DNA from: Kudoa neothunni
Lineage: Eukaryota; Animalia; Cnidaria
Length of the DNA: 64,000 nt
Assembly (NCBI GenBank): GCA_964304625.1
Contig: OZ199838.1
Location: forward strand, 543,059 to 607,058
Reading direction: 5' to 3'
In this document: in pieces, positions 12,390 to 29,359 of the stretch
How positions within the stretch are numbered: the stretch's first letter is position 1
Layout of the letters: each line of letters starts with the position of its first letter
The notes under the pieces: model-generated
What the model was told of the DNA's origin: nothing
Seen by the model: only the letters and a program-made list of their open reading frames with translations
Databases searched by the model: none
Program-made: the position numbers and the translations under genes

Positions 12390-12799
12390 TTAACCTTTTT
12401 TGTCCTTTGCGACCGATCCTAGGGCCAAAAAATAATTAAATACAGCAGATTTTGAAAAATAAACTCTATAGATAAATTATAAATGGGCGTTAAAAGGATT
12501 AAAAAACTTCTGTATCAATAGCCAGTGCCGTTAAATTAAACATTAAATTATATGAGTTTAGCCTCTTTTTTTAATATAACAGGCTTCAATAAAAATATAT
12601 ATCATTTCCCATTAAATAAATCCTAAAAATTGTTTCCTTCGTAATTAATTAATTAATTTATTAATAATCATGTTCAATAATACTCGCGATGCATATTGTT
12701 CCAAAATATATAAAATGCGAGATATTTATATTATTTTAGTTGTTGATATTATAAAATATCACGCAAAAAACTTTTGAACTGCTTTCAGTACAGATGACT

Positions 12800-14300
12800 C
12801 TACAAATAAAAATTCCTCGCTTTTCTGTCTCGAGATTTTGAACTATAGCTGCATCACTTGCGACAAAGAAATTCTATTATGCAACTACAACTTTTATTAA
12901 CGCTATTTTTGTTTCTCTGAACACACTTCTATATCAAAGCATCTTCAAGCTCTTCTAGAAACTAAATTCTTGAACAATTGCAATCAAAGAAAACACTCTT
13001 TAAGGATAAAATGAATTAATCAAGCTAATACCGAGCATAATGAAGAATACTGCTGCCGACCACCGAATCAGATACTTTATACACTCGTTGTAGCAATAAA
13101 ATGATCCAATGTTTCCACTCCTACCTTTTTACGATTATACTCCAGGTTAACAACAGATTTTTTCAGTCTGTATCTTCAACATTTGTAATGAACCGGTGGT
13201 CGTTAGCAGTAAAACTGCTTTAACTTTTGTAGGAACATAGGAGATTAGTATTAGATTTTGATTAAACAAAAGTGTATTAAAACTTCCCATTTTGAATTCT
13301 TTTTTAGATAATTTGTAATATCCTATTTATTACTTCGGATTGTTTCAGTCATTCCCAATGTAAGAGTTATTGGGCAATGGAAACAGAAATAATGGAATTA
13401 TCACAAACGATATTTCTACAACTTTTTATTAATAATGACAAAAGATCTAGAACAATATCTCCTCAACATTATTGACGTTTCATTATTATTTTTATCCAAA
13501 TACACAGGAAAGTTATGAGTGTACTTGGTCGTGGGATTGGTAAGGAAAAAATAATTAATTCCGTACAATTCTGGTTTGGACGGCATATAATGTCCGAAGA
13601 AAAATTTCCCCTTATAGCAAATAGCTGCTCGTCAATGGTCAAACTCTCCTGGGGGTAATAAAATTGGGAACGGCAATCTTTCCAACCCTTTAAAATATCA
13701 CGAATGGGAAAAAAATCCATCCATGATTCTTCAAGCTTCATTCATTTTGAATCATTCACAATGAATGATCCTCGAAATTTGAAAAAAAACCCGTTTTATA
13801 GCATAATCTTTCGAAAAATATCCCTTCGCTTTCCAAAACTCCAAAGCAATTTGAGTTATTCTAATTTAGATTTAAGAAATGGAATACAATTATGGATTCC
13901 CAAATTAGTTAATAAATATTGTTTTGAAAAGTCTTAAAATAATTTTGATAACCAAAATTGGAAAACGTGTTAATGTTTGAAATAACAATTGAGAAAATAG
14001 ATTCACCATAAAATATGAGGGATGATCGGCTAAGATGGGGATTCTGTTTGAAACATAAGAAATTGAACCTGGATATTTTGAAAAATATTTCGTTTGATAC
14101 TTCTAATTATTTGAATTTTCTCAGAAAACCAATTAACACCAACTTTATCCTCGTAAAGGTTTCGATAGCGTTTATTACTTTAAAAATCATTAGAACGATA
14201 TGAATATCTAGATTATCGAAAGATATCATAAAAATACATTAATATCGGATTCAAATTCATCTAAAATATTTCCCTCAGAACCATCTAAGACAGCGTTTTA
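12800..14300 (-). mobile_element. piggyBac transposase relic
   Basis: Minus-strand fragments LTIDEQLFAIRG, YMPSKPELYGI, EYNRKKVGVETLDH and RWSAAVFFIML match piggyBac motifs (xIDE, YxPxKPxKYG, YNxxKGGVDxxD, RW); many stops; boundaries approximate. Confidence 0.85.
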
Positions 14301-16222
14301 CTCCTCGGTAATGATCGGTATTTAACGTATACATGGTTTTTTTAAATTTTTTTCTGTTTCTTCTCGATAAAATTTTTTTTAATTCTCAAAATTTTTGTAA
14401 ATTATTTTTCTTTGTTGTTTGATAGGAAAAAAACGCCAGATCCATTTGACCCAAAAAGAAGGAATGTTTAAATATGTTGATTATTTCGTTACCTGAATGT
14501 ACAAATTAAAATTTTCTGCTATATTTTAATTGAACTCACATTTGTAGGAGAATGGATGTGATCTTAAATCAACTGATTTAATATAAGGTTCTCTAAAATA
14601 AATTCAAACATCCATTTGGGGTTCAAGGACTTCAATTAACTTTCGATTTTATTGATTTAATATTAATGAAAATTATTTTTATTTCCAATATATTCAAAAG
14701 AGTTCCACACATTAATGAGACCAATTTTGTAATATCATCTCAGCCATTCTTCTAGTGGATACAATGTACCGTAAAAATATCCTATGCCTAAATAAGGATT
14801 GGGATTATACGGATTCGTAAGGGTAACCTGTGCTAAATCAATATGGTTATTAAGATGATTACCACGAAGATACTCGATGTAACGTTTTTATTCATGTACG
14901 CACGTGCGCAATAATACGTGACCTACACATAAGTGTTATTCAGGTTTATTATATTTATTATTTTGGCAAAATTACTTTAAAATATATTTTAACATTTTGA
15001 CGGACTAATTTAATTCATTAATAAATGTATGAATGCGCATGAAAATCTAAAGAATTAAACTTCGGTGATAGAGGATTATAATTTTAGTAATGGTATACAT
15101 TTGTGATCCTGTTTTTGTAGCAAATCATGGTTTATTTCCCAGAAATTAATTTATAATTAAATGTATGAATTATTTCAGGATGGCGAACGTAATTTAAAAT
15201 AAATGAAAATTTATTTTTTGTAATAATATAAAGCGTCGTTCATTTTAGATTATTGCGATATTCGGATTATTATTATTATTGTTCAATTTTAATAGAAAAT
15301 CCTTTATTATTCAATATATGTATATATATTTATATTATTTCATCGCAAAAACAAATTTTCTTGTCGTATAAATGGATCAAATTCTCAGGATTTAGGTGTT
15401 TTAGTCGAATTTATTCTACGTAAACAAGTTCTTTTTGTAAAAACTCGATGAAATTTAAATAGGAAATTGCATCATTTATAGTTATTGAATGCCAAAATCC
15501 ATAAAAAATTTAAATAATTCAATCAATATGCTCAACTCCGAATGATATTATTAGTTAATTAGCAATAATAAGACTTTTTTAGTTGTGGTGAAAATAATAG
15601 CAAAAATTCATAACTTAGATCGGTAACATGTATTATAGTTCAGAAAATGGTTGATAATTTCAATTTTAGAACATTATTGTATAAAGTTGCTAATAGGTTG
15701 ATTAAGAATAAATAATAAACTAAAAACTGAATAAATAAAATAAATAAGGAGGTTAAGTTGGGCTTTGATAAATGAAATCGTCCAAATCGCTGCTAACGAA
15801 CATTTAAATGATGGCACAAAAAAATTGAAAGTATTATGTTGCAGTTTTACCAAATAATATAAAAAAAATTGATGGAGTTCTCATTACGATTATTGGGGAG
15901 AAGTTTCGATATCATATATGATCGATTGCTCTACAAAACAAATTCATTCTAAATCCCATTCATAAAATGGATCTATGCGTACATTGAACGAACAACTTGA
16001 ATAAGTGGTCGTGTATTATTATACGAAAAATATGTCGAAAAGATGACGAGGAATTACTGTTGAATTAGCATACGAAAAGATTACCATGTATAACTACTAT
16101 TTCAACCTATAGATAGAAATATAAATAGGATTTTACCAGTCTCAATAACAATTTCTACAGGTGTTGTGTGTGCGTGTATGACAACAACTCGCTAGCTATA
16201 TAATATACACACATCAGGCAGA

Positions 16223-19200
16223 ATGGCGGATATCGAGGCAGTACTAGCAGATGTCAGCTATATGATAGCTTTGGATAAAGGTTCTCAAGCGAAACGTGTC
16301 ACGAAAAAGACAAATCTACCTGATATTTTGTAATTATTTTCAAACTGAGAGAACCAACAACTATTTGCGTTGTTCAGAAAAATATTTGTTTAACACCTAG
16401 CGATTGTGTCTAAATCCATTCGATTAGTTCGACTGGAGCTGTTGAGACTAAACTCAAAAAACCCACAGAAAATTTTTCCATTGATTATATTTTATCAGAA
16501 AAATTTGGTATTTAATTTTACATTTATTATTGTATTATAATATATGATACATAAAAATTGAATTTAAAAGCGGGAAATATAATTTTTCTTGGTGATATTT
16601 AGGTACTCTATTGATGGGTAGATTTGTAGCAGAAGAGGTCGACACAGCAATGGTCCCTTTAGTAGATTTCTATTCGAAGGTGGATTTGAATTTTTGAGTT
16701 TTGAGATTGTTATCGAAACCATTCATTCTAATTTCTATCACTAGATTCTTAACTATACCAATCAAACTCTTAGTGTAGCACAGTATGCCATTCTTTGTGA
16801 GATGGACAGCGTCTTAGATGACGACCTTTTGCCAAACAACCCACACCAAAATACCCCCTTCACCTCAGATAACTACGTATTTTGTTTTAATGAATGATTT
16901 GATATTAATTGTGATTAGATCGATAAATTGCTTTTCTTTCAACGCTACATTCAAGAAATCGCCAGTAAAAAAGTCAGCCAATATGGCTCCAAAGAAGAAC
17001 TTCGTTATACCGGAAAATTAGCCAAATCAGACCAGACACTAAATGTCAACTACAACGTTGGAAGCAAAGACGAACTTAAACTCTGCCAGATTTCAAATAT
17101 GAAAATAAATGAGGACGTATTTTCCGGAGAAACCAGTACCGAAAATGATGGCTCTGATTTTAACATCGCCGCCAAATCTAAACTCACTCCTTCCAACTCG
17201 ATAATCAGTACCGAAGATGAAAGCGCAATGCAACTCATAGGTAGTAACAATCTGGAAAGTAGAAGAAAAATCGAACTTTTTGTATTTTCAAATTATTCGC
17301 ACCTACCGAAAAACCCATTAATTTATTGAATAGAAATTAAAAGATATTATATATGATACGTTTCTATCTCGGATAAAGAAAACATTCATGAACAAGTAGT
17401 TTATTCCATGTTGATTCATTGTGTATTGTAATTTAGCAAATTTTTCTACGTATTTCTTCAGTGGAAAGCTTTTTTATTGATCAATAAAGTCACTGTAAGC
17501 TTATCTCAGATCCTAACTACTTTTCTAACTTTTTGTTGTTTTTATAGTTATGTATGGATGATTTCAATATTCATCGTAAGATTGGAAGAGGTGGATTCGG
17601 TGAAGTGTATGGATGCCATAAAATGGACACTGGAAAATTGTAAAGTTTATTAGATTAATTTATGCTATATTTTTCATAGGTTTGCGATGAAAATACTCGA
17701 TAAAAAAAGGCTCAAAAGCAAACACTGTATCAGATCTGCTCTTCTGGAACAGAAAATATTAGCAATGGTAGATTATTATGGATTTTTAGATGAATTTTAA
17801 TCGTTTCGAAATGAAGTTATAGTTTATTAAATTATAATATTGTTGACTAAGAAATGCAATCTCTCCTTATTATCTATATGGCGGATTTCTATCTAATACT
17901 ACTTTTAGTGCGACTGTCCATTCATTGTAAGAATGTGCTACTGTTTCCAAACAAATTCCAAGCTAGTCATTCTCCTCGATTTGCTTGATGGAGGAGATTT
18001 GAGATACCACGCTAGTAATGTGACTGCTTTCAGTGAAGAACAGGTAATCCATTCCATCGCATTCTACCTCATTTTAGTGTTATTTAAATTATTTTGCCAT
18101 TCTGGGTATTATTAAGTAGGATTAATACAACATTATATGTATTAAATAGAAGTTTTTGAGAAAATGATACATATATTTCGATAATGGATATTCTAATAAT
18201 AAAAATAGAATTATTTATTTTTTTGCGATATTTGAGTTAAAAATTTCAATTTTTATTTCGTAAACAAGTTGAACAATTAATATGTAGTATTATATTTTAA
18301 TTTTTTAATAAATATTTACATATCGCGTGTTATGTTTAAATATTAAATTAGAATAATGAATGGTTTAATAAAATGACCAATTTATTGACGGTTGTATAAA
18401 TGAAATTCATAATAAATATTTTACGTAATAATTATCGGACAACCATTTTTAATGAATTATTCAAGTTTTATCGGTTTTCAATATTTCAAAAAAATATATA
18501 TCTATGAAATAAATTTCAACTAAATAAGATAGAAGTATTAATAAATTTGCAGGCATTTTTTTTCAAAAAACTAAAATGTATTATTCTTAAAATCTGTTCG
18601 ACATCGCCAAGGACCTAGATACATGCATTTGTAAATAGATATCGATTATCAATTTACACATTTTTTCTGTGATGCGTATCCTTGGTTGAAAACCGCTGCT
18701 TTTTACAGTCGTTTACGCTCTTTTTTACTCTTTGTGAAAGAACTATAGAAAGTGAGGGTTTATAAGGAAAATATTCCTTTTGTATATTAAATGTGTGATA
18801 AATACATCTAAGAAAAAATGGTATGACGAAATATCTTAGCTAATTATAATTGAATATTTATATTTGTTGCACATCCACATTAACATGAATTCCTACAATT
18901 TACTTTTGAGAAATCTTTTTCGAATTAAAATACACAAATATTTCTGTCTTAAAAAAATCGATTAAATTAGGAGTTTTAATTTTAAATTTGTGATCAATAA
19001 TATTTTGCTTCTTAAATGAAGAAATTATATAACTCAATTATAATTTCAAGAAATTCCATTGAAAAAATTGGAAAATATTTTTGAGCTAAATAATTATAGA
19101 AAATTTTTATGAAATAATGTCTCCTAAATATTAATAATTCGGTTGGTATTAAAGGCTGTCTGAAATGAAGTATTTACTAAAAACATCTATTTAAATGAAA

Positions 19201-22083
19201 ATAAAAATATAGACAGAATAATACTCTGATTAATCTTTTTGAATGTCCTCTACATTTGAAAAATTGAAAATGTATGTTTAATTCAACTAAGTTAAAAAGT
19301 TTTGTAATTCTTACGAACATTTTTTAGTATTATGAAGATCGATAATTGCGTTATATTATATCCATCAAGTTTAACATTATGTTCCTATATGGGTGAATTT
19401 CAAAATTAATTAAGTGAATTGAAGAATCTGATAATTTATTATTTTAAAATACAATAAATATTGTAATTATTTAAATATTAAAATTTTTATATAATCGTTA
19501 ATGCTATGCTGAATTTATATGTACGTTAACTATTTAATAAAATTAAAATATGCTTAATCAGCGATTCATTAGAATCATCTTTTTATTTAGGTAATAAAAA
19601 GCTCAGTGATTGTATTTTTCTCACAAACTTTAATCGTATTAATAATTTTACTTTATCATTCAATAATAGCTTGTCTTTGATTGAACTATTTTTTTCAGCT
19701 GCCTTGAGCCTTGACTTAATTACACCAATATTTGTACATTTGTATAGTGATAATGTCTAAGGATTGTACTTAGAAATGCGAAACCGTCTTGTGTAATTGC
19801 ATTAACATAGAACTGTGTTTATCCATTGAAATATTTAATATAATTTAAAAAATTATTTGATTAATTAATTTATGTTCAAAATAATTATCCATTTCTTAGG
19901 TGAAATTCTTTTCTTCCGAAATCTATCTCGGATTGGAATACTTACACAAGAAAAATATTATATTCAGAGATTTAAAAGTATAAAAAACTATAAGCATTGA
20001 TTAGAATTTAATAAATGACTATAGCCCGCCAATATACTTCTGGAAACTACGGGGCATGTGAAAATTTCAGATTTTGGTTTGGCTTTTGTGTACGACGAGG
20101 AAAATCCTCCCAAATCATTCGCGTAACGATCTCTTTTTATTCCTTACTTAAATGTTCATCGATCGGATCACAATTTATCCAACATCTCATTTAGGGGTAC
20201 TTATGGATATATGGCACCTGAGGTGATTAAAAAAGAACAATACGCCTTTGGAGTCGATTGGTTTTCATACGGGTGTCTCATCTACAAACTATTCAAGGGA
20301 ACCTCACCATTCCACAACCCAAAAGATGACGCTGACAAAATCATCGATAACACCCTGAATAAAGTAAAATTTCGTTTATAACAGTTTATACATTGATAAT
20401 CTTATATTTTTAACAACAAATTAGGACCCCGATTTAAGTGGAATGCCCGATGACATAAGGGATTTGGTGCAATCCTTGTTGACTAAGGATCAATATAGTC
20501 GTATTGGCGGAAGCACTAAATTGACGTAAATCTTCATTGATAACGCTTTTTTAAAAATGAAATAATGTGTTTTAGATATGAATCGGTAAAGAAAGCTAGT
20601 TGGTTTAACGATGTTGATTGGGTACAGTTGTATCTACAAAAGGTACTTATATTGTGATGCATTAACATTGCTATGAGGATATGAGGCTATGAGATTATGA
20701 AAGTTCATTATTTGAATATACTAATAGTGATGAAGCTGTTATGCTTTATATAGTATTTTAAATTGATGTGAATATCATTTATTATTTCTAAAAATTCGAA
20801 ATTAACATATTCGAAACTAACATATAGGTATTAAATTTTCGTTCACAATAAAATGATTTCATTAATTAGTGTTTTTACTGGAATTTTATTTGAAATTAAA
20901 ATTTTGAAAACATTATTGCACACTTCAACAAATTAAACTTGATCACACGTCAAATTATCAAGCGTTATGAAAGTCATCTTTTTCTATTATGTATAGATTT
21001 GTGTATTATAAATTAGCTAAAAATAATGGAAAATGATTTTTAATATTAAAAAAGTTATAATATAGTTATGTTATTTTAAATTCATTCATTCATTCATTAA
21101 ACCCGTTAAATTAAGACTATTCCAATTCTCATTAATTTCCGAAAAGTAGCAGTTGGTCCGTCGCAGAAATAGATAGACACTGGTTATCGTTGTTTTTAGG
21201 TTGATCCACCATTTGTCCCTCCTCAAGGTGAGATAAATGCCGAGAACATTTATGCTATCGGAAATTTTGACGATGCTGAAAGTAAAAAAGTTAAAATTAC
21301 CGAAAGAGACATCGAAAAGTTCAACAAGTTTAACTTTTTTTCCGAATCCGCATGGGAAGAAGAATTAATAGGTGAGTTTGTTAATTTACATCCAAAATAA
21401 TATTAATGATTATTTCATGCAAATAGATTCTGTTTTCAATAATGTTGTAAATGAATCGTTAAAAAATACAAAAAACATCATTCTGTTCAGACTGTATCGA
21501 AAAAGTAATTAGATAACTCTTGTACAAGGTTACAATTATGTTATTTAGGCATGGAGTCTAATATAATTATTTACGGCTATTTATTAAAACAAGTGAATAT
21601 GATTTTTACCTTCAACCAGCGAAGATTTGTACAAGTGTTCGACGACAGAATTACGATTGGGAACACACCCGTATTTCCATCTTTGTTTTTCTAATCAATT
21701 TTGTATTGTATCCTATCAATGAATGATTTTAGCTCGTCATAAAAATAACCATCAAAAGAGATGCGGTGGTTTCAATAGAAAGATCCAAAAACAATGGCAT
21801 TCAAATAAACACGAGTGATAAAAAATCAATTGTATTCAAAACTGAGGTAGATCTTATTAATTAATTGATGTTTCATTCATCTAAAATCATTCATTTTGTA
21901 ATGCTAAAGACTATATCATTTGTGTTTGTTTAGAATCCAGCTGAAGATCACGTTTGGTACAAATGTTTTGAAAAGTTTATTACAAACAGTTCAAATCTTG
22001 AAATAAACAAAATTGGTCTTAGAACAAAAGTAGAGGAATCCAGGGTGGAGCTGCCCAGCAAATTAAGTGATTCTGATTCATAA
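16223..22083 (+). CDS. GRK2: G protein-coupled receptor kinase, GRK2/3 (beta-ARK) subfamily: RH domain, kinase, PH domain; many exons
   Basis: N-terminus [14 protein letters not shown]; [15 protein letters not shown]; [12 protein letters not shown]; [14 protein letters not shown]; LDGGDLRYH; FRDLKPANILL; [10 protein letters not shown]; [12 protein letters not shown]; PH-like [10 protein letters not shown]...[12 protein letters not shown]; TAA at 22081-22083. Confidence 0.93.
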
Positions 22084-22389
22084 GTTCCTAAGAACATCAT
22101 CCATCCAAATTGTTGTTATAAATCCTCTATATTATTGTATTCAAAAAATATTGGAGTTATATCAACAATTGATTTCATTTCTATAACATTTTCAGAAAAT
22201 ATTTGAATAATTAAAATAATTGATTGTAATCAAATTTTTAAAGTTTAACGCTTAAATTATATATTTTCTTTTGGGTTGTTGAAAGTAGGTATTATTAAAT
22301 ATTAATATTCAAAACAAAATGAGTCCAATATAATGTGAATAGGCACCTTGAAAATATATCGAGGGAGTAGTCGTTGGCGCAGTGGTTAA

Positions 22390-22902
22390 ATGTAGTAGAA
22401 TAGTGACTGCATTTTCAGATTAAAGATTATAATTAATTCATAAATTAATCCTACATATTTTAAGTTAAATTAATGTGATATTTGTTTAACATTTAATGAT
22501 GGAAATAATTAAATTAACTATAATAAATTATTTTTGATATTAACTTTATGCATATGTTACAATTAATTAGTTAATGCTTATATAAAAGACATTTAATTAA
22601 TAGTAAGCAATTGACGGGGATGAAATATGACGTTTAATAAAAAATCATGGTTGATACACTCAAATTTTAGTCTATATAAGTCAATCTCTACTCGATCGAT
22701 TAAATGATAAGGCCTGTGGAAATAACTGCGAGGGGCTAACAGTTATTTAGAGAATATATTACAGCAACTACTGTTGATATCAAATACAGTGTCAATAGTA
22801 ACCTACTGGTGATGATAAAATGATACGTATAAAAAATAAAAATAATCAACGTATTCGATTTTTATCGTGGTCAAATATTTGGATTACAGCCATTGTTCTA
22901 CC
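22390..22902. mobile_element. TTAA-flanked MITE (Kolobok-like), copy 2
   Basis: Shares attaaagattataattaat..cctacatattttaa.ttaaattaatgtgatatttg and gaaataa.tgcgagg.gcta with 11860-12389; ends GCCATTGTTCTACC|TTAA. Confidence 0.75.
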
Positions 22903-23651
22903 TTAAAAATAATACAACAAATAACCACAAGATTAATAACTAATCCCCCGACCTGTCTGTTGTGCACTTTAACCTCCCGGTCCTCTTCACTTTCTTCTCG
23001 AGTGGGCTTAATGTTCATTTAGAAATAATTAGATCTCTTAACTCGTGCGGAGTATTAATCGTTTTATTAACCCCTCGAAAAACAAACTAATCTGAAAGAT
23101 TTTTACAATTTCGCACGTAGCGAAAATTTGCTAACTTTATTTAAAATTTTAAAAAATAGGAATAAACACTTTATCTCAAATTAAACTTGCAAAGTAAATA
23201 ATTTTTCCACCCGAATTAATTTGTCGCTAAGACAGCAAATCTTCGTTTCCACCGAGTCTCCCGCCTTCGCAAGTAAAAACGCTATAGAATGTTTTGACTG
23301 TATTCTAAATGTAAAAAAGAGCATAAATACAACCTCGATGCAATTACACTTTCATCGAATTCATTAGTAAATCACATGCAGTAGTAATCTTATTATCATC
23401 AGCTCTAATCTTCCAAAATAAAGTTTACACCATCGCATCGATTCACCAGTTTCTAGGTAATATAAAAGCTCTGTTATATTTTCGTGGTTAAGTTTGTATT
23501 TTTTAAAATATACAAAAACTCAAATGCTCAAAAAAGCTCTGTATAATATTTGTGCACACACACGGACAACTTAGCTTATCTATCATCTATCAATCTATTT
23601 ATCTATTTATCTATCTATCTATCTATCTTTATCTTTATATAGTTAAGTGTT

Positions 23652-23765
23652 TATCAAAATTTCCTCATCTCTCAATATACCGAACGTTCGATTGTGTAAT
23701 TAAGTGGATAAATCCGATTACAATTTGAAATGACTACTGTCCAATAGCAAGACCCCGAATTTTAC
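23652..23765 (+). repeat. Dispersed ~110-bp repeat (second copy at ~29057-29172)
   Basis: ataccgaacg(t/c)tcga(t/a)tgtgtaatt(a/t)agtgg...aatttgaa...gcaa.acc..gaatttt shared by both copies. Confidence 0.7.
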
Positions 23766-24295
23766 AGAAATTGTGTTAATTAAATGTTAATTCATATTTT
23801 AGGTTAAAAGCGTATACACATCCAATATTTCCAATGTTAATGGTTGATGTTGAGTACTGGAGTTAAAAAAACCTTCACTAACCACCCTATATCAATATCA
23901 TATCGAAACCTTACTGTACTGAATATTAATACGAAATATCCGTCATTACAGCGGGATCACCTTATTTTAAAATTAAAATAATAGTCAAGCATGCGCATTT
24001 TAATGTATTTAAACGTAATCTTGAAAAGATGTCTTCCCTAGAATATTTTTTACAAGAAAAAATCGATCATCCAAGCGAACCTGGAAAGTTACTAACAATT
24101 TCAGCCTCAATAAAAAAAGCGAAATGAAGACTTAATCTCGCTCATAAAAATCTCCTAATAGTCGTGCACGATCGTAATAAATTAGAGTGGAAGACAAAGA
24201 AACATTTGGATAGCATTAAAACGTTTCAAGTCGAGATTAGTCAACTTTATTAAATATAATATAATACAATGAGTGAGCTTGTGGACATAGATAGT

Positions 24296-27658
<3,363 letters not shown>

Positions 27659-28240
27659 TTCAATACTCTTTACGAAGTTTACCGAACGAACGATGAGGAT
27701 GATGATTTAATGCGAATTTATGTCAAATATTCACTTAATAATTTAACGCATCTATCTATTAATAATATTATTATTGTTAATTTGATATAGCTGATAAGTT
27801 AAGTGTATTTGCTCACACTTTCAGAAGGTGTGATGACACAATTATTACGGTGCTAATAAATTTTAATCGCGCCTGCGCACTAAAATCGAGTAGTGGGTGT
27901 TTGTGCTAATTTTCGGGTAAAAATACTGTGTCGATTGGAGCTGATATCTAATCTTAAATGGGATTAAAAATTGCGTACACAATTTTAAGTAGGGTTGGAG
28001 ATTTTCGACGTTTTTTTTTCACATCGACTTATTAAATACTGACTAATCAGTAATATTATAGTTGATATTTATTGTAGTTGACATTTAACACTGATAACAT
28101 TGTGAGGCGTTCGTACTTTCTTTGCCAAATACATGCCTTAATTTTGAAAAACCCCTTTCGTCGCGATGGGTTTATGGATTAATGGATAATCCTCTAAATG
28201 TAGTAATAGAACTGGTCATATGTTTAATTTATTCTTCCTA

Positions 28241-28343
28241 AATCAGTATTGATCAGTATTGATCATTATTGATCATTATTGATTAGTATTGATTAGTATT
28301 GATCATTATTGATTAGTATTGATTAGTATTGATTAGTATTGAT
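28241..28343. repeat. 10-bp minisatellite (GATYAKTATT), ~10 copies
   Basis: gatcagtatt / gatcattatt / gattagtatt units in tandem. Confidence 0.9.
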
Positions 28344-28439
28344 CATTATTTATCATTATTGATGGGTGGATCTGGTTCTTTCAAAATTTGGCGGAGAAAA
28401 TCATATTATTTTTAAATTTACCAATGGCATTATGTGATA

Positions 28440-28960
28440 TTCTTTTCGTTGTAAATTTAACAATGTATAATGCGATGCACAGGTTTTTTTGTTACATTAC
28501 TTTTTAATTTTACTCATTCTTTATTTCATATGCAAGTTGAATGCATTGCTCATAAAAAGAGTGGCCTTATCAAAGTTTATCGTGTTATCTTCTTCATATC
28601 TACTTATTACCTCATTACATCTGTTTATCTTATCGTAAACAATATTGTCATCAATTTTAACAGCTCCACGGGAAACGAATTCTTAAAACAAAAACTACTC
28701 CTACAATTTTAAAGCCAACCTTTGCCTCAACTGTAAACAAGAATTCTAAGGTCATTGGTGAAAAGTTTTGCCTTCTCGACGATCAAAAACTCTTGAATAT
28801 TTTTCTTTTTTTGGTGCTCTAACAATATCCGGTTTTTGACTATAGAGTCTATGATTCAATTGCAAGTTGGTTACATATTGTGTTTGTAATTCATAAAAAG
28901 GCAGAATCATCAATAGAGCTCACTATATCAGATTTATTAGACGAAACTCTTCTCAGGGAA
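28440..28960 (-). mobile_element. Degenerate pogo/Tigger-like transposase fragment
   Basis: Minus strand reads KAKLF...GKGWL (CENP-B-type HTH-like) then NFDKATLF (resembles NxDETGLF); multiple stops. Confidence 0.45.
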
Positions 28961-29359
28961 GAATAAACTATTCTAATTTGAATAAAACTCAAAATACACG
29001 ATATTCTATGGCGCTTTAGAATCATTTATTGATATTTTAGAATAATTTAACTTTTTTATCAAAATTTCATTCTTCTCTCACAATACCGAACGCTCGAATG
29101 TGTAATTTAGTGGGGTTAATCGGCTTGTAATTTGAATGAATCACTTCCTCGTGGCAAAACCTTGAATTTTACCAATATTTTATAATATAAATGTTATTTT
29201 TTCGCATATATTCGTATAATGTTAAATTATAAAATTACCTACATCGACAGATTTGCAATATTGAGAACAGAAATTTAAAAACAATTTCCATATAAGTAAA
29301 TATCCAGTTTGTAAAATATAAATAAGTTTAAAAAATCATCATCGAGTTTGATAGTTGTC

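Noticed and set aside
22366-22389. tRNA-like A box GTTGGCGCAGTGGTTAA
   Set aside because: Ends at the MITE insertion site and no B box or tRNA 3' half follows the MITE.
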